Origin: a virus
UHGV virus genome: UHGV-0175553
DNA: 13,868 nt
Strand: one strand, 5' to 3'
The translations under genes and the position numbers were made by a program. Below the pieces are notes generated by a model. The model did no database searches. It saw only the letters and a program-made list of their open reading frames with translations, and had not been told where the DNA came from. Shown here in pieces: positions 1 to 8,460 of the stretch. Each line of letters starts with the position of its first letter. Position 1 is the first letter of the stretch.

Positions 1-60
1 CTGCTACAGGTGCTGCCGCTGGTGTAGGCGCTGCTACAGGTGCTGCCGCTGGTGTTACGC
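1..60. repeat. 30-bp direct repeat, 2 copies (ctgctacaggtgctgccgctggtgtaggcg / ...ttacgc), truncated by window start
   Basis: Positions 1-25 are identical to 31-55. Lies in the C-terminal Ala/Pro-rich tail of the minus-strand DUF2815-like gene. Shares the 13-mer tgctacaggtgct with the 21-bp repeat at the window end. Confidence 0.9.
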
Positions 61-655
61 CGATCAGACGTGCACCTTCAGGCATTGCAGGAGCAGCACC
101 GAACACAGAGGCAGGAGCCGGACCAGAAATGATTTCTTCACCTGCATAAAGCAGTTGCGCCATTTCCATGTTGATATACACACCAGCCTGATTACCTGTA
201 CGACCGTTTGCAACAGATGATCCGCTGATACGGTAGTAATAACCTTTTTTCGCCAGATTTTTATCAATAACTGGCTGGTACGCCGCGTTATAAACCGGAC
301 ACGCGTCAATAGCCACGTTGCGTGAGAAACCAATTACCCAGTGACCAGCATAACCAGTTTTACTCGCATGTTTCGGATCATCACCGTTAATAATTTTCCA
401 TGCGAAAGTAGGTTGTTGTGGTTCGCCGTTCACATAGTGTGAGTTAGCCGCTCGCATAATCGCCTGGAATACCGCACCCAGTTCACCTTGTTCTTCCCAC
501 CAGTTCGCCGCTGTTTTAGGAAACGCCAGACCAACCCACCAGTTGTGTTTTTCAGGTGCTAACGGTTTATTTTCGTGGTCATGAGTGTTGATATCGAAAA
601 AAGAACCGCCAACCAGACGACCAACCGGAGTTACAAAAGATTCTTTCTGTGCCAT
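1..655 (-). CDS. Putative gp2.5/DUF2815-like ssDNA-binding protein, C-terminus runs off window start
   Basis: Not in the supplied ORF track (no stop inside window). Minus-strand ATG at 655-653 with RBS AAGAAGG 8 nt upstream; open frame continues to position 2. Translation begins MAQKESFVTPVGRLVGGSFFDINTHD...WWVGLAFPK...YYYRISG...GVYINMEM and ends in an Ala/Pro-rich tail (GVTPAAAPVAAPTPAAAPVA). Sits immediately downstream of the DUF2800-like nuclease, the usual partner arrangement. Family call is by context and pattern only. Confidence 0.55.
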   Translation of the reverse strand, partial: MAQKESFVTPVGRLVGGSFFDINTHDHENKPLAPEKHNWWVGLAFPKTAANWWEEQGELGAVFQAIMRAANSHYVNGEPQQPTFAWKIINGDDPKHASKTGYAGHWVIGFSRNVAIDACPVYNAAYQPVIDKNLAKKGYYYRISGSSVANGRTGNQAGVYINMEMAQLLYAGEEIISGPAPASVFGAAPAMPEGARLIGVTPAAAPVAAPTPAAAPVA

Positions 656-670
656 GTTATTAACCTTCTT

Positions 671-1816
671 TTAAAGTGGACGTGCGCCAGTCGGCATCGT
701 CACGGGTTTATTAAAAACAGATTCTGCCAGTGTGCTATGACCTTTACGCGGGTCACTGTCAGGTACTAAAACTGGCTGACCTTCTGGTTTTGTCGTACAC
801 ATGTCAACAAGTGCCGGAGGCAGTGATTTTTCCAGTGTTGACAACGGTTTTAATTTACGTTCGTACAATGTTTCAGGGTTTACACCAAACATAGGTGCAG
901 CACCGATCAGTTTACCTTCGTCCGTAAGCTGACGTCGGGTTTGCTTTGTTGCAAGTTTAAAACCCGGTAAAGCCTTACCCATACGTACAAAATGTAACCC
1001 CTGAGTATGTAACGCTGTTTTTGCTTCAGAAGAACGCGTATACAATTCTTCAAGAAGTGCCAGACGACGCGCTACTTCTTCTGGCGTAAGTGATGGTGGT
1101 GCATCAAGAACAGTAGCCAATTCTAAAACCCTCTCATACATCGCCGGACACATACCACGCGCCGGACAGTAATGACAATGACTACCAACATTTAACGGTG
1201 CGTCTGGTTTATGTGCTTCGTTAAACCCGTGTTTAAATCGTTCAGCCCATTCCATCAATGTTGCCCGGTTAAACTCCCATCGTCTTACAGGTCCGAGTGG
1301 GTGATAAGCCCGTGGCTGAACAATTGTGAACACAACGCGCTTAACAGTATCAATACAACGTTGGTCCAGTGCGTAATAGACCCCCTGTGAATTATCAACT
1401 GCTTCAACTGCAACATGACCGTATTTATAATCCCATACGTAAAGCGTATCAGTATTAAAGTCATACCAGCGATAATCACAGGTTCCGTACTGACCGGGTA
1501 ACAACCAGTCAATGTGAATGCGAACTTCTGAAAACAGCGGATCAAGTTTCGCACCAACTGAAAGAACATCTGCTATAAAGTCATCCGCATAAATATGCAT
1601 GTCTTCAGTAACCTGAACACCGTTAGGAGCAAGACACGGCATTAATGGCGGTTTACCTTTAATCTTCTGTTCTAACACCCAGTGCCCGGCTGTACCTTCT
1701 TCAGCACTGGGTGATGATGGTTCTACATAGTCAATCCGCTGTGACAGTTGAACGCTACCCGGACAAGCTAACCAACGTTTTGATCCACTGGCACTAAAGG
1801 TAGCGTGACTGCTCAT
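671..1816 (-). CDS. Cas4-like PD-(D/E)XK nuclease with Fe-S cysteine cluster (DUF2800-like)
   Basis: 381-aa ORF. N-terminal RWLACPGS cysteine, VWDYKYG (D-x-K catalytic-type motif), C-terminal HCHYCPARGMCP (C-x2-C-x5-C) giving a 4-Cys Cas4/RecB-like arrangement. Start overlaps the stop of the upstream gene at 1816. Confidence 0.8.
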   Translation of the reverse strand: MSSHATFSASGSKRWLACPGSVQLSQRIDYVEPSSPSAEEGTAGHWVLEQKIKGKPPLMPCLAPNGVQVTEDMHIYADDFIADVLSVGAKLDPLFSEVRIHIDWLLPGQYGTCDYRWYDFNTDTLYVWDYKYGHVAVEAVDNSQGVYYALDQRCIDTVKRVVFTIVQPRAYHPLGPVRRWEFNRATLMEWAERFKHGFNEAHKPDAPLNVGSHCHYCPARGMCPAMYERVLELATVLDAPPSLTPEEVARRLALLEELYTRSSEAKTALHTQGLHFVRMGKALPGFKLATKQTRRQLTDEGKLIGAAPMFGVNPETLYERKLKPLSTLEKSLPPALVDMCTTKPEGQPVLVPDSDPRKGHSTLAESVFNKPVTMPTGARPL

Positions 1817-2568
1817 CAGAATGCTCCACCCATTTGTTTAACAGATTCAGCCTGACCAACAATGTTTTCAGCATCAGCCGGGGCCGCGTTAATGCGTTCA
1901 ATCAGTTCGATGATAGATTTCAGTTTTACCGGGTCGTCAATCTGCATCACGTTCTGAGTTTCATACAGTCCCATGATTCGCTGACTTAATGGCGCAGCAC
2001 GGTCACCCGTAATTTGTCCAAACATCTGCATCAGTGCTGACTGAAGAACCTGTGTGTTATAAACTTTAGCCGGATCCGTGGTTACAGGTTGCTCGACAGG
2101 CGCGACTGGTGCAGCCGGTGCTGCTGGTACAACTGGAGCTACCGGAGCGGCAGGAACCGCTGGAGCAGGATCAACAGGTGCTACATAACCTGGTGCAAGT
2201 TCTGCAGGTCCGGTATAACGCCCTGCTTCAACTGCTTCAGCGATAAGTTCACGTTTAACACCGTCAACAAACGCTTCATCCAGTTTTTTCTTTTGACGCC
2301 ACAGACCATCACCTTTGTTCAGGGATTTACTGTCAGTGTGGATACGCGGATCATGACGCAAACCCCATTTGTCGAACTCTTCAGTGCTGGTTTCGTTATC
2401 GTCAACATCTTCAGTTGGTGTAGATACAACAGGCAGTGATTCAGCAACGACAGAAACGATTTCTTCTTTCGTAATCGGTGAGACACTTTTACCAGCAATC
2501 GCTGCTGCCAGATTGTTGATCGCAGTTTCCAGACCCGGAGCAGTTACAAGTAATTTAACTTCGAACAT
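1816..2568 (-). CDS. Hypothetical protein, two segments joined by an Ala/Pro/Val-rich linker
   Basis: 250-aa ORF, first gene of the minus-strand operon; RBS GAGGAAAACG upstream of ATG at 2568. Contains PAPAVPAAPVAPVVPAAPAAPVAPV linker. No recognisable catalytic motif. Confidence 0.65.
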   Translation of the reverse strand: MFEVKLLVTAPGLETAINNLAAAIAGKSVSPITKEEIVSVVAESLPVVSTPTEDVDDNETSTEEFDKWGLRHDPRIHTDSKSLNKGDGLWRQKKKLDEAFVDGVKRELIAEAVEAGRYTGPAELAPGYVAPVDPAPAVPAAPVAPVVPAAPAAPVAPVEQPVTTDPAKVYNTQVLQSALMQMFGQITGDRAAPLSQRIMGLYETQNVMQIDDPVKLKSIIELIERINAAPADAENIVGQAESVKQMGGAF

Positions 2569-2600
2569 TACGTTTTCCTCTTGTTGTTTGGTTGTCGCTA

Positions 2601-2641
2601 ACTTTAAAAGGTGTTGTGTAATCTGTCAAGAATTATTTTAC
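2601..2641 (-). promoter_or_regulatory. Sigma70-like promoter for the minus-strand operon, carrying the conserved AAAATAATTCTTGACAGATTAC element
   Basis: Minus strand reads gtaaaataattcTTGACAgattacacaacacctttTAAAGTt: -35 TTGACA (2630-2625), 17-18 bp spacer, -10 TAAAGT-like; about 25 nt upstream of ATG at 2568. Confidence 0.55.
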
Positions 2642-2678
2642 ACTCGCCTTTCGTTGATGCAGATGTTAGAGGAATAAG

Positions 2679-2707
2679 TTGCAATGCGTCAAGAACTATT
2701 TTAAAAT
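2679..2707 (+). promoter_or_regulatory. Candidate sigma70 promoter for the helicase operon
   Basis: TTGCAA (2679-2684), 17 bp spacer, TAAAAT (2702-2707), about 30 nt upstream of ATG 2739. Its spacer overlaps a second, degenerate minus-orientation copy of the conserved element (plus-strand cgtcaagaactattttaaaa, 2687-2706). Confidence 0.45.
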
Positions 2708-2738
2708 TTTTTCACGATTCGATATTACAGGGTAGAAA

Positions 2739-4400
2739 ATGAAAGCTCGTTATTATCAGACTGAAGCTATCAATAACGTATGTCAGGCATGGTCAAGCGG
2801 TGCTGACGACGTGATTCTTGTGCTTCCCACGGGGGCAGGAAAAACGTTCTGTATGTCTGAACTGGTAAAAACAAGAGACGGTGTAAAAGTCATCCAGGCA
2901 CACCGTAAGGAACTGGTTAGCCAAATCGCAATGGCTGTTGCTCGTCAAGGGTTAGCACACAGATTTATAGCGCAAAAAGATACTGTTAAGTTTGCAACTA
3001 ATCAGCAGATGAAAACGCTTGGTTACAGTACCTATTCCCCCGGCGCTGACATCGTTATTACCAGTTCACAAACGTTAAGAACAAAACAGTACGAACGATG
3101 GTACAACGACGTGTCTCTTGTGTTCAGCGACGAAGCGCATCACCTGGTACGTGGCACACAGTGGGGAGACTGCCGGGAAAAATTCCCTAACGCTAAAGGT
3201 CTGGGTGTTACAGCTACACCGATCCGTGCTGACGGTAAAGGCCTGGGTCGTCATGCGTCAGGTTACGCAGATCAAATGATCATTGGTCCGTCAATGCGTG
3301 AGTTAATCAGTCAACAACATCTGGCTGATTATCGTCTGATTATGGCTGAAACAGACCTGGAATTAACTGCAGAAATGATTTCTCACACGACGGGTGATTA
3401 CAAACCATCTGCATTAAAAAAAGCGATGGAAGATTCAAACATTGTTGGTGATACCGTCAGTACGTGGAAAACATATGCAGATGGCTTACTCACTGTTGTT
3501 TTTACGTGTGACGTAGATTCTGCTGAAGCACTGGCAAAAGAATTTCGCGATGCTGGTATTCCTGCAGAGGCGATCAGCTCACGAAACAGCAATCAGGAAC
3601 GAGCGGATATCCTGGAACGTTTTGAACGACGTAAGACGCTTGTACTGTGTAACAACGATTTATTCGGTGAAGGATACGACTGTCCGGCAATGGAATGTGC
3701 AGTAATGGACCGTCCCACAGAATCTTACTCTTTGTTTGTACAACAAATGGGTCGACCATTGCGTTTCAAACCGGGTAAAAAAGCACTGATTATTGATAAA
3801 GTCGGTAATGTTCGTCGATTTCTGGCCCGTGGTTTTCCACTTCCCGATCAGCACTACAACTGGTCTTTAGATGACCGTGACCGTCGTTCATCAAACAGCA
3901 GTGGGAACAGTAACACAACGTGTACAAACAAGGGTGATCCTGATAACGGTATTCCACCGTGTCTGAAGCCTTATCCGTCTGGTCTGCCGTGCTGCCCATA
4001 TTGTGGTCATATTCCTGAAAAAGCCGAACGCTCAGGCCCGGATCGTGTAGAAGGTAATTTACGTGAACTGACACCTGAAGAACTGGAAGAATTACGCCGG
4101 GCAGTTGTGATAATCGACCGTGACCCTGTTGCAGTAAAAGAACAAATGTTAAACGCTGGTGCACCCCCTGTTGCAGCTTACAGTGCAATGAAAAACATTC
4201 AGGCAATGAACGATGCACAGCGTAAGTTACGCGGCATGATTACCACATGGGCGGGTATTCAACGTGATAAAGGTATACCCGTTGATGACGCTTACAAGAT
4301 GTTTTACAGGGTGTTTGGTGTTGATGTACTTAGCGCTCAGGGGTTACGTACTCGTGAAGCTAATGAACTCGCTGCAAGGGTTGCAAGTTCATTAATCTGA
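2739..4400 (+). CDS. SF2 DEAD/DEAH-box helicase (ResIII-like ATPase core) with C-terminal Cys-rich extension
   Basis: 553 aa. Q-motif YYQTEAI, Walker A LPTGAGKT, DEAH box FSDEAHH, motif III TATP, motif VI QQMGRPLR. C-terminal extension has a Cys cluster CLKPYPSGLPCCPYCGH. Confidence 0.9.
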   Translation: MKARYYQTEAINNVCQAWSSGADDVILVLPTGAGKTFCMSELVKTRDGVKVIQAHRKELVSQIAMAVARQGLAHRFIAQKDTVKFATNQQMKTLGYSTYSPGADIVITSSQTLRTKQYERWYNDVSLVFSDEAHHLVRGTQWGDCREKFPNAKGLGVTATPIRADGKGLGRHASGYADQMIIGPSMRELISQQHLADYRLIMAETDLELTAEMISHTTGDYKPSALKKAMEDSNIVGDTVSTWKTYADGLLTVVFTCDVDSAEALAKEFRDAGIPAEAISSRNSNQERADILERFERRKTLVLCNNDLFGEGYDCPAMECAVMDRPTESYSLFVQQMGRPLRFKPGKKALIIDKVGNVRRFLARGFPLPDQHYNWSLDDRDRRSSNSSGNSNTTCTNKGDPDNGIPPCLKPYPSGLPCCPYCGHIPEKAERSGPDRVEGNLRELTPEELEELRRAVVIIDRDPVAVKEQMLNAGAPPVAAYSAMKNIQAMNDAQRKLRGMITTWAGIQRDKGIPVDDAYKMFYRVFGVDVLSAQGLRTREANELAARVASSLI

Positions 4401-4441
4401 TGGTAATCTGCATAGAAATATTTTAAACGTAAGGAATTGTA

Positions 4442-4948
4442 ATGCGTGATTTGATGGTTGACATTGAGACGTGTGGTACTAAACCAGGTTGTGCAGTGTT
4501 GTCAATTGGCGCTGTTTACTTTGATCGTCAGGGTGATATTGGTGAAACGTTTTACGCATCAATGGGTTTTAATGCGCTTGCTTATGGTCACACGGACCCT
4601 GACACTATGAAGTGGTGGTCGCAGCAGTCAGAACAAGCACAAAAAGATGCTTTTAGTGGTACTGCCGATCCTGTTCAGGTTGCTAAAGATTTTGCCAAAT
4701 TCATCTGGCACGATGCTAAACCGTGGGGAAATGGTTCCACATTCGATATCACTATTCTGGAAGCATGGTTTAATGCTGTTGGGGTTCGTTGCCCGTGGAA
4801 GTTCTGGAATGTTCGTGATGTTCGTACAGCTGTTGATTTGCTGGGTATTAACCCGAAAGAATTTACCCGTGACGGTACTTACCACAACGCGTTAGACGAC
4901 TGTTTACACCAGATTAAATATCTTACTAGTGGGACTAAAATATTATGA
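4442..4948 (+). CDS. DEDDh-family 3'-5' exonuclease (DnaQ-like fold)
   Basis: 168 aa. Exo I motif MVDIETCG (D-x-E) at N-terminus and Exo III motif YHNALDDC (H-x-A-x-x-D) near C-terminus. RBS AAGGA upstream. Confidence 0.8.
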   Translation: MRDLMVDIETCGTKPGCAVLSIGAVYFDRQGDIGETFYASMGFNALAYGHTDPDTMKWWSQQSEQAQKDAFSGTADPVQVAKDFAKFIWHDAKPWGNGSTFDITILEAWFNAVGVRCPWKFWNVRDVRTAVDLLGINPKEFTRDGTYHNALDDCLHQIKYLTSGTKIL

Positions 4949-5436
4949 CAACGCTTGAACAATGGGCGATTCGTCACGGTATTAGTCAGATGGCGTTGTA
5001 CGAGTTATACGCTCTTTATCAGCCTGACGGAACACCACACGAAGACGGTGTAAGTGAAAGCGCTACCAGTAAAGAGTGTGAACTGATTGCGGCACGTGCA
5101 GGGCAACGTATCTGGCGTAATAACTCAGGTGCTCTGAAAAACGAAAAAGGAATGATGGTTCGTTATGGTCTTGGTAACACCAGTGCGAAAATCAACGCTG
5201 TTATGAAGTCAAGCGACTACATCGGCATTAAAACCAAAATCGTTACACCGGATATGATCGGTTCAAAAGTGGGCGTCTTTATTGCTGCCGAAATGAAACG
5301 CCCTGACTGGCACATGATCCCCAGTGATAAACGTGCACAAGCACAGGCCACTTTCGGTGCGATTGTTGAAAACGCAGGTGGTGAATTTCGTTTCATCACT
5401 CACCCTTCACAATTTGAAAAATGGATTAAACAATGA
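4945..5436 (+). CDS. VRR-NUC domain nuclease (PD-(D/E)XK)
   Basis: 163 aa. WRNNSGA, SSDYIG and AAEMK motifs in the order and spacing typical of VRR-NUC. ATGA overlap with the exonuclease stop. Confidence 0.75.
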   Translation: MTTLEQWAIRHGISQMALYELYALYQPDGTPHEDGVSESATSKECELIAARAGQRIWRNNSGALKNEKGMMVRYGLGNTSAKINAVMKSSDYIGIKTKIVTPDMIGSKVGVFIAAEMKRPDWHMIPSDKRAQAQATFGAIVENAGGEFRFITHPSQFEKWIKQ

Positions 5437-5606
5437 ATACTGAACGCATTGAACGTCTGCAAAAACTGATTGATAACCACGGTATTGAAGCTGTTGCCAA
5501 ACGTCTGAACGTTACTGAAATTCATGTTAAACGTAATCTGCTTACCGGGCGATCTGCTATCAACCTGGTCAAACTGATGGCTGCTGAACGTCAGTTCGGA
5601 GCGTAA
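5433..5606 (+). CDS. Small helix-turn-helix protein (57 aa)
   Basis: Not in ORF track (below its length cutoff). ATG at 5433 overlaps the VRR-NUC stop; stop TAA at 5604-5606 lies 3 nt before the primase start. Translation MNTERIERLQKLIDNHGIEAVAKRLNVTEIHVKRNLLTGRSAINLVKLMAAERQFGA has an HTH-like segment (IEAVAKRLNVTEIHVKRNL). Exactly fills the gap between two coupled genes. Confidence 0.5.
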   Translation: MNTERIERLQKLIDNHGIEAVAKRLNVTEIHVKRNLLTGRSAINLVKLMAAERQFGA

Positions 5607-5609
5607 ATT

Positions 5610-7964
5610 ATGAAAGGGTTACTGAACCGTAAACAGTGGGTCATGTGGCGACTTGAGACAGTCGCCGATCGTCCAAAACCAACGAAAGTACCATACAGCC
5701 CGGTACACGGTTATAAAGCCAGTACCACTAACCCTAACGACTGGTCTGACTATCACACCGCGTTGGGTATGGCGCAAATGTACGGTATGTCCGGTGTTGG
5801 TTTTGTATTCACAGAAAATGACCCTTATTTCTTTATCGATGTTGATAACTGTCTGGTAGATCAGGCAACAGCTACGTGGTCACCTCTGGCGCATGAATTC
5901 GTAAACCGTTTCCCAAATGCTTACACTGAAGTAAGTCAGTCAGGAACAGGTTTACATATCATCTGTGCTTATACCAGCATACCGGAAGGTTTTAACAGTC
6001 TTAACGACCAGAAAACCGGGCTGGAAATGTACTGGCGTGATCGTTTCGTCGCGATGACACTCACGGGTAATGGTGATGTTGATATTGATTATACCCAGGG
6101 CATTCATGATTCTATTGCCCGGTATGGTCGTATCCGTTCAGACCGTTCCGCACGCTGGACAACAGCACCCTGTGATGACTGGTCAGGTCCGGCAGACGAT
6201 GATGAACTGATTAAAATGGCGTTAAATTCGTCCAGTGCTGCTTCAGTATTTGGTAATAAAGCGTCATTTGCGGATCTGTGGAATGCAAACGTTGAACGCC
6301 TGTCTGTGTCATATCCCAGCGACCAGGGAAAAGACTACAATGCATCTGCCGCTGATGCTGCCCTGTGCTCACACCTTGCGTTCTGGACCGGGAAAGATTG
6401 CGAACGTATTGAACGATTGTTTAACCGTTCCGGGCTGGTTCGTGGTAAATGGACAGATCGTCAGGATTACCGTGAAAACACGATTCTGGGCGCTGTGGAA
6501 CGTTGTGATACGGTTTATCGTAGTCAACCGACACTGACACCAGAACTGATGAAAGCAGTCACACCAGCGCCTACCGTCGTTCCTAACGGTGGAACACCTG
6601 CGTACATGAGTGTGAAACCCGGTGAAGGTGCATATGGTTCAAACCACACGGTTAACGCATCCACGTTCGTTAATAACTATTATCCGAACAACACATTGAT
6701 TTTCGTCCAGCAACAGCCGTACCGGTTCAACGGTCGTGTGTGGGAACGTGTCAGTGAAGATGAACTGAAACATCAAATTTCTATGGCAATGCTTGCCAGC
6801 GAACCAAAAGCTGACGTGATTAATGGTACGTACAAGGTATTGTCGTATTTATTCACACGCGCTGATCGTGAGCTTGGAACATGGCCCGGTGTTGATGTAT
6901 CACACTATATTGTTTGTCAGAACGGGATACTGGATGTACACACGGGTAAATGTGATGCACATAACCCGGATTTCTTTACGACCAGTATTTTACCGTATAG
7001 CTACGATCCATTTGCTCGTGCACCAGCGTTTGAACAGTTTTTAAATACAACTCTGGAAGGTGATCAGGAACGTATTGCACTGTTGCAGGAATGGCTGGGT
7101 TACATGCTTGTCAACTCGTATGACTATCAGAAAGCGATGCTGTTGATTGGTGCACCACGTTCCGGTAAAGGCACGATTGGTCGTATCATTCAGGCACTGG
7201 TAGGTGATGAAGCGTATGCGGGGATCACACTGGAGGGTTTAGCTAGTGATGCGGTACTTGAAACTGTGCTGGATAAATCTGTGCTGTTTATCGGTGATGC
7301 TCACAGTGTGTCCGGGCCTGATCGCAACCGAATTCTGGACCGTTTCAAATCTATTACAGGTTGTGATGCGATTCCGGTTAATCGTAAATATAAAGGTGCA
7401 TGGAACGGTCGTTTACCGGGACGTATGACACTGGCTGCTAACAACATCCCGGCATTTGCTGATGATTCCGGTGCAATGGCTAACCGTTTGCTGATCCTGC
7501 CATTCAACATTTCGTTCCTGGGTCGTGAAGATACTACTCTGGAAGCACGACTGATGAAAGAACTACCGGGGATCTGTAACTGGGCGATTGAAGGTTTACA
7601 ACGGTTACGTGCAAACGGACGGTTTACTGAACCAAAAGCAAGTCTGGAAGAACGTCAGGAAATTATGGATCAACAATCACCACTTAGAAGTTTTATCAGA
7701 GATTGTTGCGAATTGGTATCTGATGGTGAGGTGCACACTGAAGAACTCTATGGTCGTTATCGTCTCTGGAAAACACAGGAAGGTGGTCCAGCAATGACTA
7801 AAACTGCATTTAGTCGGGCGTTTAAATCCACCCTTCGTGGTAAAGTGAAAAAAGACGTTGTTAATATAAATAACGTACGACTAAACGGTTTCAGGGGTAT
7901 TCGTCTTCTCCCTTTTCAGTCAACAGCTAATGTAGTGCCTTTCCCACCTGCGAGTAACGGTTAG
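5610..7964 (+). CDS. Bifunctional primase-polymerase / SF3 helicase (prim-pol N-terminal domain, PriCT-like region, D5_N/P4-type helicase)
   Basis: 784 aa. Prim-pol motifs FFIDVDNC (acidic metal site) and SQSGTGLHIIC (SxSGxGxH). Central AADAALCSHLAFWTGKDCERIERLFNRSGL resembles a primase C-terminal (PriCT) region. C-terminal half has Walker A GAPRSGKGT and Walker B-like LFIGDAHS. Confidence 0.9.
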   Translation: MKGLLNRKQWVMWRLETVADRPKPTKVPYSPVHGYKASTTNPNDWSDYHTALGMAQMYGMSGVGFVFTENDPYFFIDVDNCLVDQATATWSPLAHEFVNRFPNAYTEVSQSGTGLHIICAYTSIPEGFNSLNDQKTGLEMYWRDRFVAMTLTGNGDVDIDYTQGIHDSIARYGRIRSDRSARWTTAPCDDWSGPADDDELIKMALNSSSAASVFGNKASFADLWNANVERLSVSYPSDQGKDYNASAADAALCSHLAFWTGKDCERIERLFNRSGLVRGKWTDRQDYRENTILGAVERCDTVYRSQPTLTPELMKAVTPAPTVVPNGGTPAYMSVKPGEGAYGSNHTVNASTFVNNYYPNNTLIFVQQQPYRFNGRVWERVSEDELKHQISMAMLASEPKADVINGTYKVLSYLFTRADRELGTWPGVDVSHYIVCQNGILDVHTGKCDAHNPDFFTTSILPYSYDPFARAPAFEQFLNTTLEGDQERIALLQEWLGYMLVNSYDYQKAMLLIGAPRSGKGTIGRIIQALVGDEAYAGITLEGLASDAVLETVLDKSVLFIGDAHSVSGPDRNRILDRFKSITGCDAIPVNRKYKGAWNGRLPGRMTLAANNIPAFADDSGAMANRLLILPFNISFLGREDTTLEARLMKELPGICNWAIEGLQRLRANGRFTEPKASLEERQEIMDQQSPLRSFIRDCCELVSDGEVHTEELYGRYRLWKTQEGGPAMTKTAFSRAFKSTLRGKVKKDVVNINNVRLNGFRGIRLLPFQSTANVVPFPPASNG

Positions 7965-7982
7965 TCATTGCACAAGGATGTG

Positions 7983-8023
7983 TAAAATAATTCTTGACGA
8001 ATTACAGATGTGTACGCTATAGT
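7983..8023 (+). promoter_or_regulatory. Sigma70-like promoter with the conserved upstream element
   Basis: taaaataattcTTGACGaattacagatgtgtacgcTATAGT: -35 TTGACG (7994-7999), 18 bp spacer, -10 TATAGT (8018-8023). A short inverted repeat TGTAC...GTACA overlaps the -10. Confidence 0.6.
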
Positions 8024-8054
8024 CTGTACATCAAGTGAACAAGGAGTGATTATT

Positions 8055-8252
8055 ATGAAAAACATATTTGACCGTTTAATTACTGTTATCGTATTTCTTG
8101 TGTCCGTAACACTCGCGTCTTGTATTGTCGGACTAATGACCCGTGGTAATCATGCGGAAACACCGTGGTGGTTTCTGGCGGATCTTGGATTATTAGCGGC
8201 TGCGGCATCAATTGGTGCTTGCATGTGGGGAGTGAAAAACGATCATGACTGA
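8055..8252 (+). CDS. Small membrane protein with lipoprotein-type signal (lipobox LASC)
   Basis: Preferred start ATG 8055 with RBS AAGGAG 8 nt upstream (the track's GTG start at 8010 lies inside the -10 region). 65 aa: MKNIFDR n-region, hydrophobic LITVIVFLVSVT, lipobox L-A-S-C with Cys at position 23, then a second hydrophobic stretch WWFLADLGLLAAAASIGACMW. Confidence 0.6.
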   Translation: MKNIFDRLITVIVFLVSVTLASCIVGLMTRGNHAETPWWFLADLGLLAAAASIGACMWGVKNDHD

Positions 8253-8460
8253 ATTCGGTGCTGTAATCAAAAAAGAAGACCGTTATGCACATATTGATAC
8301 CCGGATTACCTGGGTTGATATTAGTGACGCTACTCTGTTCAGTTCAACTTACATGGCTGGTGTTGCACTTAAAGCACTCCGTGATCAAGGTTTCAATTGT
8401 AAAAAAGTAACAATTGCACCTGTTAAAATCACACGAATCGTCGAGGAGACAGAAGGATGA
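8245..8460 (+). CDS. Hypothetical protein (71 aa)
   Basis: ORF translationally coupled on both sides (8-nt overlap upstream, ATGA overlap downstream). No recognisable motif. Confidence 0.5.
   Translation: MTEFGAVIKKEDRYAHIDTRITWVDISDATLFSSTYMAGVALKALRDQGFNCKKVTIAPVKITRIVEETEG

Noticed and set aside
64-333. 89-aa minus-strand ORF from the track
   Set aside because: Lies in a different frame inside the longer minus-strand reading frame (1-655), which has a proper RBS and operon context; likely spurious.
1285-1569. 94-aa minus-strand ORF inside the nuclease gene
   Set aside because: Alternative frame nested entirely within the 381-aa Cas4-like nuclease CDS; no independent start signals.
2089-2677. 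Plus-strand ORFs 2089-2439 and 2369-2677, antisense to the 250-aa gene
   Set aside because: Antisense to a well-supported CDS, low-complexity translation, and the second one runs through the divergent promoter region.
3398-4218. Four minus-strand ORFs (60-142 aa) inside the helicase gene
   Set aside because: Antisense to a CDS with a full set of SF2 helicase motifs; no promoter or RBS support.
4628-5399. Short ORFs on either strand inside the exonuclease and VRR-NUC genes (4628-4885, 4647-4895, 5217-5399)
   Set aside because: Nested within or antisense to motif-supported CDSs.
5653-7797. Multiple 60-100-aa ORFs inside the primase-helicase gene (5653-5859, 6235-6537, 6823-7044, 7246-7428, 7301-7510, 7588-7797)
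   Set aside because: Alternative-frame or antisense ORFs within a 784-aa CDS with clear prim-pol and SF3 motifs.
8011-8030. Short inverted repeat TGTAC...GTACA overlapping the -10 of the 7994 promoter as a dedicated operator
   Set aside because: Arms are only 5 bp and it occurs once; insufficient to call a regulatory site.
8010-8054. GTG start at 8010 extending the membrane protein N-terminally
   Set aside because: Would begin inside the -10 hexamer of the promoter and lacks an RBS; ATG 8055 has a consensus AAGGAG RBS.
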